Positions 37,228 to 45,272 of a DNA stretch of 48,895 nucleotides are shown piece by piece (position 1 is the first letter of the stretch; each line of letters starts with the position of its first letter). The translations under genes were made by a program, and so were the position numbers. This DNA is from Nitrospirota bacterium (lineage in GTDB: Bacteria > UBA9089 > CG2-30-40-21 > SBAY01): the NCBI GenBank assembly GCA_043816605.1, contig JBDRHR010000173.1, positions 1 through 48,895 on the forward strand, in the 5' to 3' direction. The notes under the pieces are model-generated. The model was not told the DNA's origin. It ran no database searches and saw only the letters and a list, made by a program, of their open reading frames with translations.

Positions 37228-38226
37228 TTAAAATTTAGCACCGAAAGAAAGTAAATGTGTCCCCGCCCCATCATCCAACAACCCATAGTCTAATTGAAAT
37301 TCTACTTTAGAGGGTTGCTCGCTCATACCGGAGATTTCTACTTTTGTAAATTGTGGACTCCCTTTTAGCCCAAAACCAATTGTATGAAAGCCTTGTCCAT
37401 AAAGCCCGGCTCTGATTGCAAATACAGGGGTTACCCATCGCTCAAAGCCTATACGAACTCCACTTTGCCCTTCCACATCATCATCGTATATATTATCTAA
37501 GGTAGCATCATACAAATCAACCGCAAAAATAGTCTTATCATCCGGCTTCCAGGCTACCCCTGGTCTAAAATTACGAACATATTTATATTTTTGCTTTAGT
37601 GGTGAATTGGAAAAGTCTATTTCGGGTTTATTCACATCCTGAATCAAAATTCCTATGGTAAAGTGTTCATCGAAATTGTGCAAAATGCCAATATCGTATC
37701 CAACCGCATCTGTTTCGTATCCTGCCTTTTTAAAATCAGCACCACCGCCAAAAGTCGAAGCGCCTGTGCCTGAAGCAGTCATAAGGGAATAAGTGATATT
37801 ACGAACATTAACTCCAAAGGCGGTATTTTTAAATATCCCTTGTCCATAGCCACCAATAGAGAGTACTTTCCAATCACTATCAAACACATAATTTCGACCG
37901 GTAGTGAGTTCTGTTTCATAGGTCCAATCTATTGAATGAACATAACTTCCACCAAGCCCACTATTTTCACCCACCTCAACTGCCCCGGCTAACCATTCCT
38001 GATAGTTAAACACATCCCGGTTATTCATCGTTCGCATACCAGTCAACTCTACACCCTTAATATTCCCCATCCCCGCAGGATTCCAATAACAGGAATGGAC
38101 ATCATCGGCTACGGCGACAAATGCCCCGCCCATAGACAGAGGTCGGGCACCCAAACAGGCATAACTTGTGCTTGCAAACAAAAGGATTATATTAAATCCT
38201 ATGCCTAAAATAATTATTCTTTTCAT
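37228..38226 (-). CDS. PorV/PorQ-family outer-membrane beta-barrel protein (paralog B)
   Basis: LGARPLSMGGAFVAVADDVHSCYWNPAGMGNI. C-terminus ..HLLSFGAKF. Collinear with paralog A along its whole length. AGGGGGT Shine-Dalgarno. Confidence 0.7.
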   Translation of the reverse strand: MKRIIILGIGFNIILLFASTSYACLGARPLSMGGAFVAVADDVHSCYWNPAGMGNIKGVELTGMRTMNNRDVFNYQEWLAGAVEVGENSGLGGSYVHSIDWTYETELTTGRNYVFDSDWKVLSIGGYGQGIFKNTAFGVNVRNITYSLMTASGTGASTFGGGADFKKAGYETDAVGYDIGILHNFDEHFTIGILIQDVNKPEIDFSNSPLKQKYKYVRNFRPGVAWKPDDKTIFAVDLYDATLDNIYDDDVEGQSGVRIGFERWVTPVFAIRAGLYGQGFHTIGFGLKGSPQFTKVEISGMSEQPSKVEFQLDYGLLDDGAGTHLLSFGAKF

Positions 38227-38244
38227 TCTTTACCCCCTTTTTAA

Positions 38245-38353
38245 GGAAAATTCGAAATCCGAATATCGAAATCCGAAATAATTTTTTCTCTTGTTTCGAA
38301 TTTTGTATTTTCTCTCATTGTTTCGTATTTCGTATTTCGTGTTTCGGATTTTC
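38245..38353. repeat. word-built hairpin (cgaaatccgaaat words)
   Basis: ggaaaattcgaaatccgaatatcgaaatccgaaat lies opposite gtttcgtatttcgtatttcgtgtttcggattttcc. The right arm encodes the last ~13 aa of 38315..38794. Confidence 0.65.
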
Positions 38354-38794
38354 CTTTTTTAATACCGCATCATAAATAAATACTATTCCTACCCCAATCA
38401 CCAAACTGGTTATTAACCCACCTATTCCCCACAATACAATTAAAATCCAGTCTATCATCCCGGTCATACAGGCTATAAGCAGGCTTGGCCATTCACTAAT
38501 AATCCAGATAACAAATCCATATCCAAGTCCTTTTTTTAATCCCTTCCCCGGCAAGGAATTAACTAACAACCCATAAAGCAGACCAAAAAGTATGCCTACA
38601 ATTAAATCTGTAATTCCTGTTTGAACTAACCATCGCGTTGGGTTTCCATCTAATTGATGTCCAGATGAAGAAGGGAGAATATAATAATCTTTAAACATCT
38701 TATATTTTAATAAATTTAAGATTACCCTTACTATGCCTGCAAAAAATCCTGCGATTAAACCCTTTTTTAATCTCAAGTTTTCACCTCCAAACAT
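38315..38794 (-). CDS. multi-pass membrane protein of unknown function
   Basis: Several hydrophobic segments (LIAGFFAGIVRVIL, DLIVGILFGLLYGLLV, FVIWIISEWPSLLIACM, LIVLWGIGGLITSLVIGVGIVFIY). Start moved to the internal ATG at 38794 because the first 17 codons of the track ORF are repeat-word sequence (ccacaaagtcacgaagacacaaag). Confidence 0.55.
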   Translation of the reverse strand: MFGGENLRLKKGLIAGFFAGIVRVILNLLKYKMFKDYYILPSSSGHQLDGNPTRWLVQTGITDLIVGILFGLLYGLLVNSLPGKGLKKGLGYGFVIWIISEWPSLLIACMTGMIDWILIVLWGIGGLITSLVIGVGIVFIYDAVLKKENPKHEIRNTKQ

Positions 38795-38927
38795 AAAATA
38801 GCTATGCCACAAAGTCACGAAGACACAAAGTATCACAAAGGTCAATTTAAACTATATGGTTATATTACCTGGAATTCACCCTTTAGGGTTTCACCCGTTG
38901 CAATGAAAGGCTAAAGTCTAAACTCCA

Positions 38928-39953
38928 TTATTTAAACAGCGTCTGAGCTAATTTACACCATTGCTCAGAGACCATTTTAAGCTGGGCAGTTGCCTCTTTT
39001 AAAGAAGCACCTTCTACCTCATTTCCCTTCAAACAAGCCATTTGCCCGAATTCCCGGTTGGCAATTAACTCTACCGCCTTTATTCCTACCCTGATACCTA
39101 AGATGCGGTCAAAAACCGTTGGTGCTCCTCCTCGTTGAATGTGTCCAATTACGGCGGCTCTTGTCTCAATCCCGGTTCTTTTATTAATCTCATCGGCTAA
39201 TTTTTCTCCTACCCCTTTTTCTTTGAGAATCACATGACCAAAGGCATCCTTTTCCTGCTCTTCTTCGCTTATCCCGGGTAGTTCCACCGCCTCAGAGGTA
39301 ACGATTAATCCATAAAGTTTTCCTCGCTGGCGTGATTTTTTTAAATGCTCGCACATCTTATCTAAATCAACCGTAATCTCTGGAATCAATATCCAGTCGG
39401 CCCCACCGGCAATACCGGTGAATAATGACACCCAACCTGCATACCTGCCCATTACCTCTAAAATCATGATTCTTCTGTGGGACTTAGCCGTATCTCGCAG
39501 TCGCTCTAAAGCATCAACCGCTACAGTCACCGCACTATCAAAACCAAAGGTATAATCAGTACACGAGAGGTCATTATCCATAGTCTTTGGGACTCCAACG
39601 ATTTTTACCCCTAATTGATAAAATTTCTCTGCCACCCCAAGGGTATCCTCACCACCAATGGCAATAATGGCATCTAACCCTAATTTTTTAATATTCTCTA
39701 ATACCTTTTCCTTATCCCCTTCTTTTTTAAATGGATTAGTTCTTGAAGTTCCAAGTATAGTTCCACCTTGTGAAATTATTTCCTCTACATCTTTCAAACC
39801 AAGCGGTTGTATCTCTCCGTTGACCAATCCTTTCCAGCCATCTTGAATTCCAACAACCTCATAGCCAAAATCCATTGCCCGCAAAACTATCCCTCTAATT
39901 GCCGGATTAAGTCCAGGACAATCTCCACCACCGGTCAAAACACCAATCTTCAT
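38928..39953 (-). CDS. 6-phosphofructokinase (PfkA family; phosphoryl donor unresolved)
   Basis: KIGVLTGGGDCPGLNPAIRG, IGGEDTLG, PKTMDNDL, MGRYAGW. Start set at the ATG at 39953, which has GGGGGG 5 nt upstream. The 39971 ATG has no Shine-Dalgarno. Confidence 0.9.
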   Translation of the reverse strand: MKIGVLTGGGDCPGLNPAIRGIVLRAMDFGYEVVGIQDGWKGLVNGEIQPLGLKDVEEIISQGGTILGTSRTNPFKKEGDKEKVLENIKKLGLDAIIAIGGEDTLGVAEKFYQLGVKIVGVPKTMDNDLSCTDYTFGFDSAVTVAVDALERLRDTAKSHRRIMILEVMGRYAGWVSLFTGIAGGADWILIPEITVDLDKMCEHLKKSRQRGKLYGLIVTSEAVELPGISEEEQEKDAFGHVILKEKGVGEKLADEINKRTGIETRAAVIGHIQRGGAPTVFDRILGIRVGIKAVELIANREFGQMACLKGNEVEGASLKEATAQLKMVSEQWCKLAQTLFK

Positions 39954-40075
39954 CGTTACCCCCCTTTTCATTTAATTACTATGTATATTATACGGCAAAA
40001 GGTATGTTTCTGTCAAGGAAAATTTTACCACGAATGACACGAATTTTACGAATGCACACAAATTATTAAAATAAA

Positions 40076-40104
40076 TTGACAACTCGTCTATAAAACCGTA
40101 TAAT
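40076..40104 (+). promoter_or_regulatory. consensus sigma70 promoter abutting the LptD-like start codon
   Basis: TTGACA, a 17-nt spacer, then TATAAT. Only 7 nt separate the -10 from the ATG at 40112, and there is no Shine-Dalgarno. Confidence 0.6.
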
Positions 40105-40111
40105 AACTGTT

Positions 40112-42106
40112 ATGAAAAGATTATTTCTGTTCTTTAATTTATTAATAATACCCGGCGTAAGTTTATCTGCTCAAGAAGAGGTAATCCTTGAACATGCAGA
40201 GCATGCAGAATATCTAAAAATAGCCGGTGAAGAAATCGTTACCCTTTGGGGTGAAGTGAAATTAAATTCCGGCAAGATGCGGTTAGAGGCAGATTGGATC
40301 CAATTAAATCTAACCCGGAATGAACTTTTAGCCAGAGGTAATGGGGGGCTATTCCCCTCCTGGGAGGGGTCAGGAGTAGGTTTGGTAAATGAGCAAGGCA
40401 CTAAAATTGAAAGTAAGGAAGTCCAATACAATTTGGAAACAAAACAGGGAAAAATGTTAGCCCCAAATATTTTTGTCCAACCTTATTATTGTAAGGGGAA
40501 GGAGGCTTTGTTTGAGCCTGGAACTATTACCTTTACAGATGCTTCGTTCAGTACATGCAATTTGCCAAAACCACATTATTGTCTAACTACCCCTAAAATT
40601 ATAGTCTGCCCGAATGATAAGATAATGGCAAAGAATCTCACTTTTAGGGTTGGGAAAATCCCATTATTTTATATACCTTCGCTCTCAAGGTCTTTGAAAG
40701 AAAAAAAAGCCAAGGTGATTGTCCAACCAGGTAAAAGTAAGGTAAAAGGAAATTCTTTAGGCATTATTTATGAATATCCCTTTACCCCAGAGTCTATCGG
40801 CTCATTACATCTGAATTTCCTTGAAAAACAAGGATTTGGGCAGGGAATAGAACATAGGTATAGGAAAGATAGTATTTCACAAGGGAATTCTTATTTTTAT
40901 TATATTAATGAGCGTAAAAAACGCGATGATGTTAAGGGGACAAAGCGGTGGGAACTGGAGACGAAACAGCTCCAAAAATTTAAAGATATAACCGGGATTT
41001 TACATCTCCAACTTTTAAGTGATAACAATGTTACCCGTGACTACCTTCGGGAAGAAAGATGTGGGGCAGGAACCTTGGAATTAAAAAATTATCTTGCCCT
41101 GACTAAAACCTATCTAAATCATACAATTAGATTAGTAGGGGAAAGAATAGACCTTTGGGATAATGTGTCGCAAGATTTTAAAAAAGAAACTACCCTTTTG
41201 CCTGAATTAACCCTCCAAACTACAACCCACCCCTCCCAGAAGGGGACTAAGTCAACCCCAAAAAATAACATTTACTCGAATTTAAATATTAAGGTGGCAA
41301 ATCAATTTGGCTCTAACACCAATACACATTATCTTAAGGGAGATGTTGGGATTAATTTTTTAACAAAGGCAAAATTTTTGTCAGACAAGATAGTTTTCTC
41401 ACCTAAAGCCGGGCTTTCAGGAGTATTTAAAGAAAAAGAAAAACCGACCGTCGCACTAAATACGAGTTTAAATCTAAAGAATAGAATTGGTAAATACTTA
41501 GAAATCAACCTGAATCATAATTTTAAAAAAAAGTTTAAGACCGACGAATACTATGGAATAGAGACAAACGCACTTACCTCCAATCTTTATCTGTGGATGA
41601 ACAGGAGGATGCGAGGAGAGATTACCACAGGGATTGACCTTTGCCGGCAAAAATACAAAACCCTGAAAATTAACCGCGAAAGACTTCTTCCATTAGTAGG
41701 TGAATTAAACCTATCCTTATCGGATAAATTAACTACCTCCTTAAGGACTACCTATAGCTTCAAATACTCTGAAATAGAAGAGGTAGAAACTTACTTTGAT
41801 TTAAAGAAAGATAAATGGCAATATGGGGGAAGTGGACTTTATCGGAGGGCATTTACCGACAAAGAGGTAACACCTCTGGTAGAGGTAGCACCTATGGCAA
41901 AGGATATTTTGGATGTTTCTAATTATATTGCCTATCCCATTTCACCTAAAACTTATCTTCGAGTTTCGGTGTATTATGATGTCCAGAATCACCGAATAAA
42001 AGAAAGCGGTTTAACGATTGAACAAGACCTCCATTGTTGGAATTCAAAACTTTCTATTCGCCATGGTAAAGATACCGAAATCTGGATTAATCTTAATATA
42101 AAATAA
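40112..42106 (+). CDS. LptD/OstA-like outer-membrane protein
   Basis: Signal peptide. OstA-N-like segment (..LWGEVKLNSGKMRLEADWIQLNLTRNELLARGN). Long Y/N/K-rich beta-strand-like C-terminal region typical of a large barrel. Confidence 0.6.
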   Translation: MKRLFLFFNLLIIPGVSLSAQEEVILEHAEHAEYLKIAGEEIVTLWGEVKLNSGKMRLEADWIQLNLTRNELLARGNGGLFPSWEGSGVGLVNEQGTKIESKEVQYNLETKQGKMLAPNIFVQPYYCKGKEALFEPGTITFTDASFSTCNLPKPHYCLTTPKIIVCPNDKIMAKNLTFRVGKIPLFYIPSLSRSLKEKKAKVIVQPGKSKVKGNSLGIIYEYPFTPESIGSLHLNFLEKQGFGQGIEHRYRKDSISQGNSYFYYINERKKRDDVKGTKRWELETKQLQKFKDITGILHLQLLSDNNVTRDYLREERCGAGTLELKNYLALTKTYLNHTIRLVGERIDLWDNVSQDFKKETTLLPELTLQTTTHPSQKGTKSTPKNNIYSNLNIKVANQFGSNTNTHYLKGDVGINFLTKAKFLSDKIVFSPKAGLSGVFKEKEKPTVALNTSLNLKNRIGKYLEINLNHNFKKKFKTDEYYGIETNALTSNLYLWMNRRMRGEITTGIDLCRQKYKTLKINRERLLPLVGELNLSLSDKLTTSLRTTYSFKYSEIEEVETYFDLKKDKWQYGGSGLYRRAFTDKEVTPLVEVAPMAKDILDVSNYIAYPISPKTYLRVSVYYDVQNHRIKESGLTIEQDLHCWNSKLSIRHGKDTEIWINLNIK

Positions 42107-42117
42107 AGATAACTATT

Positions 42118-42303
42118 CAGCCACGAAGACACTAAGACACAAAGGAATAATTATGGATGCAGATACTCAATCACGAAACCCCTGAAGAACGAAAGTTAAG
42201 AAAACTAAATATTTTTTCAGAATTTCATCTGCCAGAGGTGCTACCTCCTTTCGGGATTTCGTGTTTCTATCTTAGTCTTAGTGTCTTGGTGACTTAGTGG
42301 CTG
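42118..42303. repeat. 186-bp nested hairpin (ccacgaagacac words)
   Basis: Outer arm cagccacgaagacactaagacacaaagg lies opposite cttagtcttagtgtcttggtgacttagtggctg. Inner arm atcacgaaacccctgaag lies opposite ctcctttcgggatttcgtg. Confidence 0.7.
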
Positions 42304-42376
42304 TGTAGTTACAAATAAAGTAATTACAGATTGAGCACTTTTTATGCCGGAACGCAAAATTTTTTAAAAATATTTC

Positions 42377-42405
42377 TTGACAAATTAGAGTTTATATGCT
42401 ATTAT
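42377..42405 (+). promoter_or_regulatory. sigma70 promoter of the cold-shock gene
   Basis: TTGACA, a 17-nt spacer, then TATTAT. Predicts a ~270-nt 5' leader. Confidence 0.55.
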
Positions 42406-42682
42406 TTATAAGTATAATAATAGGGTGTAAATAATCCGCTTTATAAGAATGAAAACTGCCTCTTTTGTTTAAAGTAAGTATCCTTCCTGGACCTTCTTTT
42501 CAAAGAGTTTCCATTTCATATAAATGGTTTAGATATAATCCTATTTAAAAATCGTAAGTGTTCAGGTATCGTGCTTGCAGTAGCTCGTTTTATGAGGATA
42601 ATTTCATAAATACAGTTACTACAAATAATACGAACTAGTGAATACTTACAAAAAAATCTAACAAGGAGGTTTTAAGTTAGAT

Positions 42683-42877
42683 ATGGCAAAAGGAACAGTC
42701 AAGTTTTTTGACAAAAGTAAAGGTTTTGGGTTTATAAAGCCGGATGATAGCGACAAAGATTGCTATGTGAACGAAATGGATGTGCAGGGAAAAGAGCTAA
42801 ATGATGGTGATGTGGTAGAATTTGATGTGGAAGCAGGTAAAAGAGGTCCAAGAGCAAAGAATGTTAAAAAAGCGTAA
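42683..42877 (+). CDS. cold-shock protein (CspA family)
   Basis: 64 aa. GTVKFFDKSKGFGFI contains RNP1 (KGFGFI). Cold-shock-domain length. Confidence 0.95.
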   Translation: MAKGTVKFFDKSKGFGFIKPDDSDKDCYVNEMDVQGKELNDGDVVEFDVEAGKRGPRAKNVKKA

Positions 42878-42915
42878 GTTGAACCGGTAATAGTTAGAAA
42901 GAGGAATCGTGTGAA

Positions 42916-42947
42916 GTCGCTCCCCGTGCGGGAGCGTGGATTGAAAT
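42916..42947 (+). CRISPR. solitary type I-C-like CRISPR repeat (single copy, no array or cas genes in the window)
   Basis: GTCGCTCCCCGTGCGGGAGCGTGGATTGAAAT is 32 nt with an internal palindrome (GCTCCC..GGGAGC) and the GCGTGGATTGAAAT 3' end characteristic of type I-C repeats. No second copy was found by eye. Confidence 0.5.
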
Positions 42948-42983
42948 AAACAAACGAAGAATGACAGCTAAGATTTGAGGATG

Positions 42984-43021
42984 AAGGAGTAAGATTTATG
43001 TAAAATATTTCTTTACTCCTT
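42984..43021 (+). terminator. candidate intrinsic terminator downstream of csp
   Basis: 9-bp stem aaggagtaa/ttactcctt followed by a T-rich tail (ttggctttatt). Confidence 0.45.
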
Positions 43022-43029
43022 TGGCTTTA

Positions 43030-44271
43030 TTAAAATAATTTTTTAATTAATGAATATTCCCCCTCAAGAACATTATCCCAATCAAACTGAACACTATACT
43101 TTTTTGCATTTGATGAAAAATACTCATATTGAGCCTTATCAGTGAATAATGAACACACAGCCTCAATAAATGCCTCCTTTGTAAATTCAATAGCTTTGCC
43201 ACATTTATATTCTATAATAATATCTTCTGTTTCACTACCTTTTGTACCAATTACTACTAAGCCAGCCGAGATATATTCTACAACCTTAAGTGGAAAGGCA
43301 TATTGCCTCAAAGCCACAGGTTGGAAAAAGGCTAAACCTATATCTGCCTCCCGAAGATATTCCGGTAGCTCGGCATACTTCTTTATTCCAACAAAGACAA
43401 CATTCTTTTCAAGAGCAAGGTCAACGGTCATTTTTTTTAATCCTTCACCGTAACTAAAAGGAGCCGACTCTCCTACAATCAGAAGTCTTATATCAGGAAT
43501 TTTCCTTTTAATATCCTGTAGTCCGAAAATTACTAAATCTAATCCACTCCAATAGGTTACATTACCAGTATAAATTAATGTCGGTGGGTGTTCAATCTTT
43601 TTCTGGGCAGGTTTAAATAATGAATGACTAACCCCATTAGGAACAATAAATACCTCTTTTGAGGTCTGAATTCTCCGTAATTGAGCTAACTTTTTACTAA
43701 CACAGATGATTAAATCCGCCTTGGTTAAAAGATATTTATCTATCAACGAGGTGTAAGCCTTTCGGAATTTTGTCAATACAGGAAGATAATCTATATTATC
43801 ATAAACTATAAATTTTACCTTACCCAATTTTTTCAATAAAAAGGCAATAACCCCCTCCCATGGATTTTGATAGATACAAACATCAAATTTGGTTTTAATC
43901 TTAAAAGGAACGGTTAGACACAGAGAAACGACAAGAAGGACATCTTTGATGAAGGTAAAAAAGCAGAATATCTTTTTAAAAAATGATTTAATGCTATTTG
44001 CCTTTTGTCCAGAATTATAGCCTGTAAAACTTCCGACAAGTCCCATGCTGTAATTTAATAGCGGGTCTATTTCGATAAATCGGATATTCTTTTCCTGGAA
44101 TATTGATGTTTGCAGAAGAAAAAGATTTTTAAAAGAAGAAGTAGTATTTCTTTTTCTATAAACTACGGTTACATCTTCAAACCTCTGAGCTAAAAATCTA
44201 ATTAGATGTTGCACCCTGTCATTAGGTGCCTTTTTATAATCTATCTCGGTAATTATTAATAGGCTTTTCAT
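43030..44271 (-). CDS. glycosyltransferase family 4 (GT-B fold)
   Basis: C-terminal GT4 pattern ..YLREADIGLAFF..PLKVVEYISAGLVVIGTKGSETEDII. Confidence 0.8.
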   Translation of the reverse strand: MKSLLIITEIDYKKAPNDRVQHLIRFLAQRFEDVTVVYRKRNTTSSFKNLFLLQTSIFQEKNIRFIEIDPLLNYSMGLVGSFTGYNSGQKANSIKSFFKKIFCFFTFIKDVLLVVSLCLTVPFKIKTKFDVCIYQNPWEGVIAFLLKKLGKVKFIVYDNIDYLPVLTKFRKAYTSLIDKYLLTKADLIICVSKKLAQLRRIQTSKEVFIVPNGVSHSLFKPAQKKIEHPPTLIYTGNVTYWSGLDLVIFGLQDIKRKIPDIRLLIVGESAPFSYGEGLKKMTVDLALEKNVVFVGIKKYAELPEYLREADIGLAFFQPVALRQYAFPLKVVEYISAGLVVIGTKGSETEDIIIEYKCGKAIEFTKEAFIEAVCSLFTDKAQYEYFSSNAKKYSVQFDWDNVLEGEYSLIKKLF

Positions 44272-44292
44272 CTTTTTCCTGTTCTCACTTTC

Positions 44293-45051
44293 TCACCTGC
44301 TTCTTTTCATTAAATTTATGTAATCTTTCACCGACAAATCCAGAAAGGCTTCTACATAAGTTCTACCCTGTAAATTAGTCGCCGACCGATATTTATTAAG
44401 AGCTAAGGTAGTATTAAGATAGTCCACCTGTTTAATTTGGGTTTGGTATTGTTTAAGTGCCTCCTCCTTTTTGGAGAGGACATCACCAATATCCACAACA
44501 ATATTAGGGATTAGTGGTGTCCAAAGTTCGTAGGCACAGATATTGAAATTCAGTGGAATATGTTGACACAGATCTAAAAATATTCTGTTTAATTCAAAAT
44601 GGTCAATATGATTATCCAGAAACCAGGGTAAATAAACTAAATCAGGCTTTATCTGATTAAATATCCCGGCTAATCTATGGAGCAAATCCTTGTTTGATTT
44701 TAGTTTTGTTTCAGGCTGGTCCAAAAATATTAAGTTCTCAATGCCTAAAATCTTAGTCGCAGAAATTGCCTCCTGTTTCCTTATCTGCTCTAATAAGTCC
44801 TTATCCTCAAAGGATGGGTCTCCTTCCCTGCCATCAGTTAAATAGACAATGGTTACCTTATCCCCGGCAAGGATATGTTTATGCAGTGTGCCGCTGCAAC
44901 CGATGACATCATCATCAAAATGAGGGGATAATACCAGAATGTTATCTCCCGTGGGTTTATCGACAAGTTTTGGACAAAAAATCAGGTTTTTAGGTCTTGA
45001 AAAGGTTTTTAGGTAATCTTTTATTTGTTTAGAAAGTATCCTGTTTAACAT
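44293..45051 (-). CDS. PIG-L/LmbE-family N-acetylglucosaminyl deacetylase
   Basis: ILVLSPHFDDDVIGCSGTL..VTIVYLTDG..HIDH motifs. Confidence 0.85.
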   Translation of the reverse strand: MLNRILSKQIKDYLKTFSRPKNLIFCPKLVDKPTGDNILVLSPHFDDDVIGCSGTLHKHILAGDKVTIVYLTDGREGDPSFEDKDLLEQIRKQEAISATKILGIENLIFLDQPETKLKSNKDLLHRLAGIFNQIKPDLVYLPWFLDNHIDHFELNRIFLDLCQHIPLNFNICAYELWTPLIPNIVVDIGDVLSKKEEALKQYQTQIKQVDYLNTTLALNKYRSATNLQGRTYVEAFLDLSVKDYINLMKRSR

Positions 45052-45080
45052 CGTTAAATACCTTGAGGTCTGATAGATTA

Positions 45081-45180
45081 GTTTGTAAAGTTATAAAGTA
45101 GAAAGTTTATAAAGTTATAAAGTTATAAAGTAGAAAGTAAAAACTTTACAAACTTTATACTTTATAACTTTATAAACTTT
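45081..45180. repeat. word-built hairpin (tataaagtt words)
   Basis: gtttgtaaagttataaagtagaaagtttataaagttataaagttataaagtagaaagt lies opposite actttacaaactttatactttataactttataaacttt. Confidence 0.7.
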
Positions 45181-45192
45181 TCCTACTCAAAC

Positions 45193-45226
45193 AAAAGAAG
45201 CGGATTTAAATATATCCGCTTCTTTT
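45193..45226 (-). terminator. intrinsic terminator after the M6 protease gene
   Basis: 13-bp stem aaaagaagcggat/atccgcttctttt. On the minus strand it is followed by TTTTGTTTG. Confidence 0.7.
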
Positions 45227-45272
45227 GATATTAGCTCACATTCCAAAATTACCTGCTCAAATTCACACTACT

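Noticed and set aside
42862-42915. Possible degenerate second CRISPR repeat upstream of the solitary repeat (agcgtaagttgaacc resembles agcgtggattgaaat).
   Set aside because: Only about 10 of 15 positions match. It lies partly inside the csp coding end, and the implied spacer (about 27 nt) is too short for a type I-C array. Treated as coincidence.
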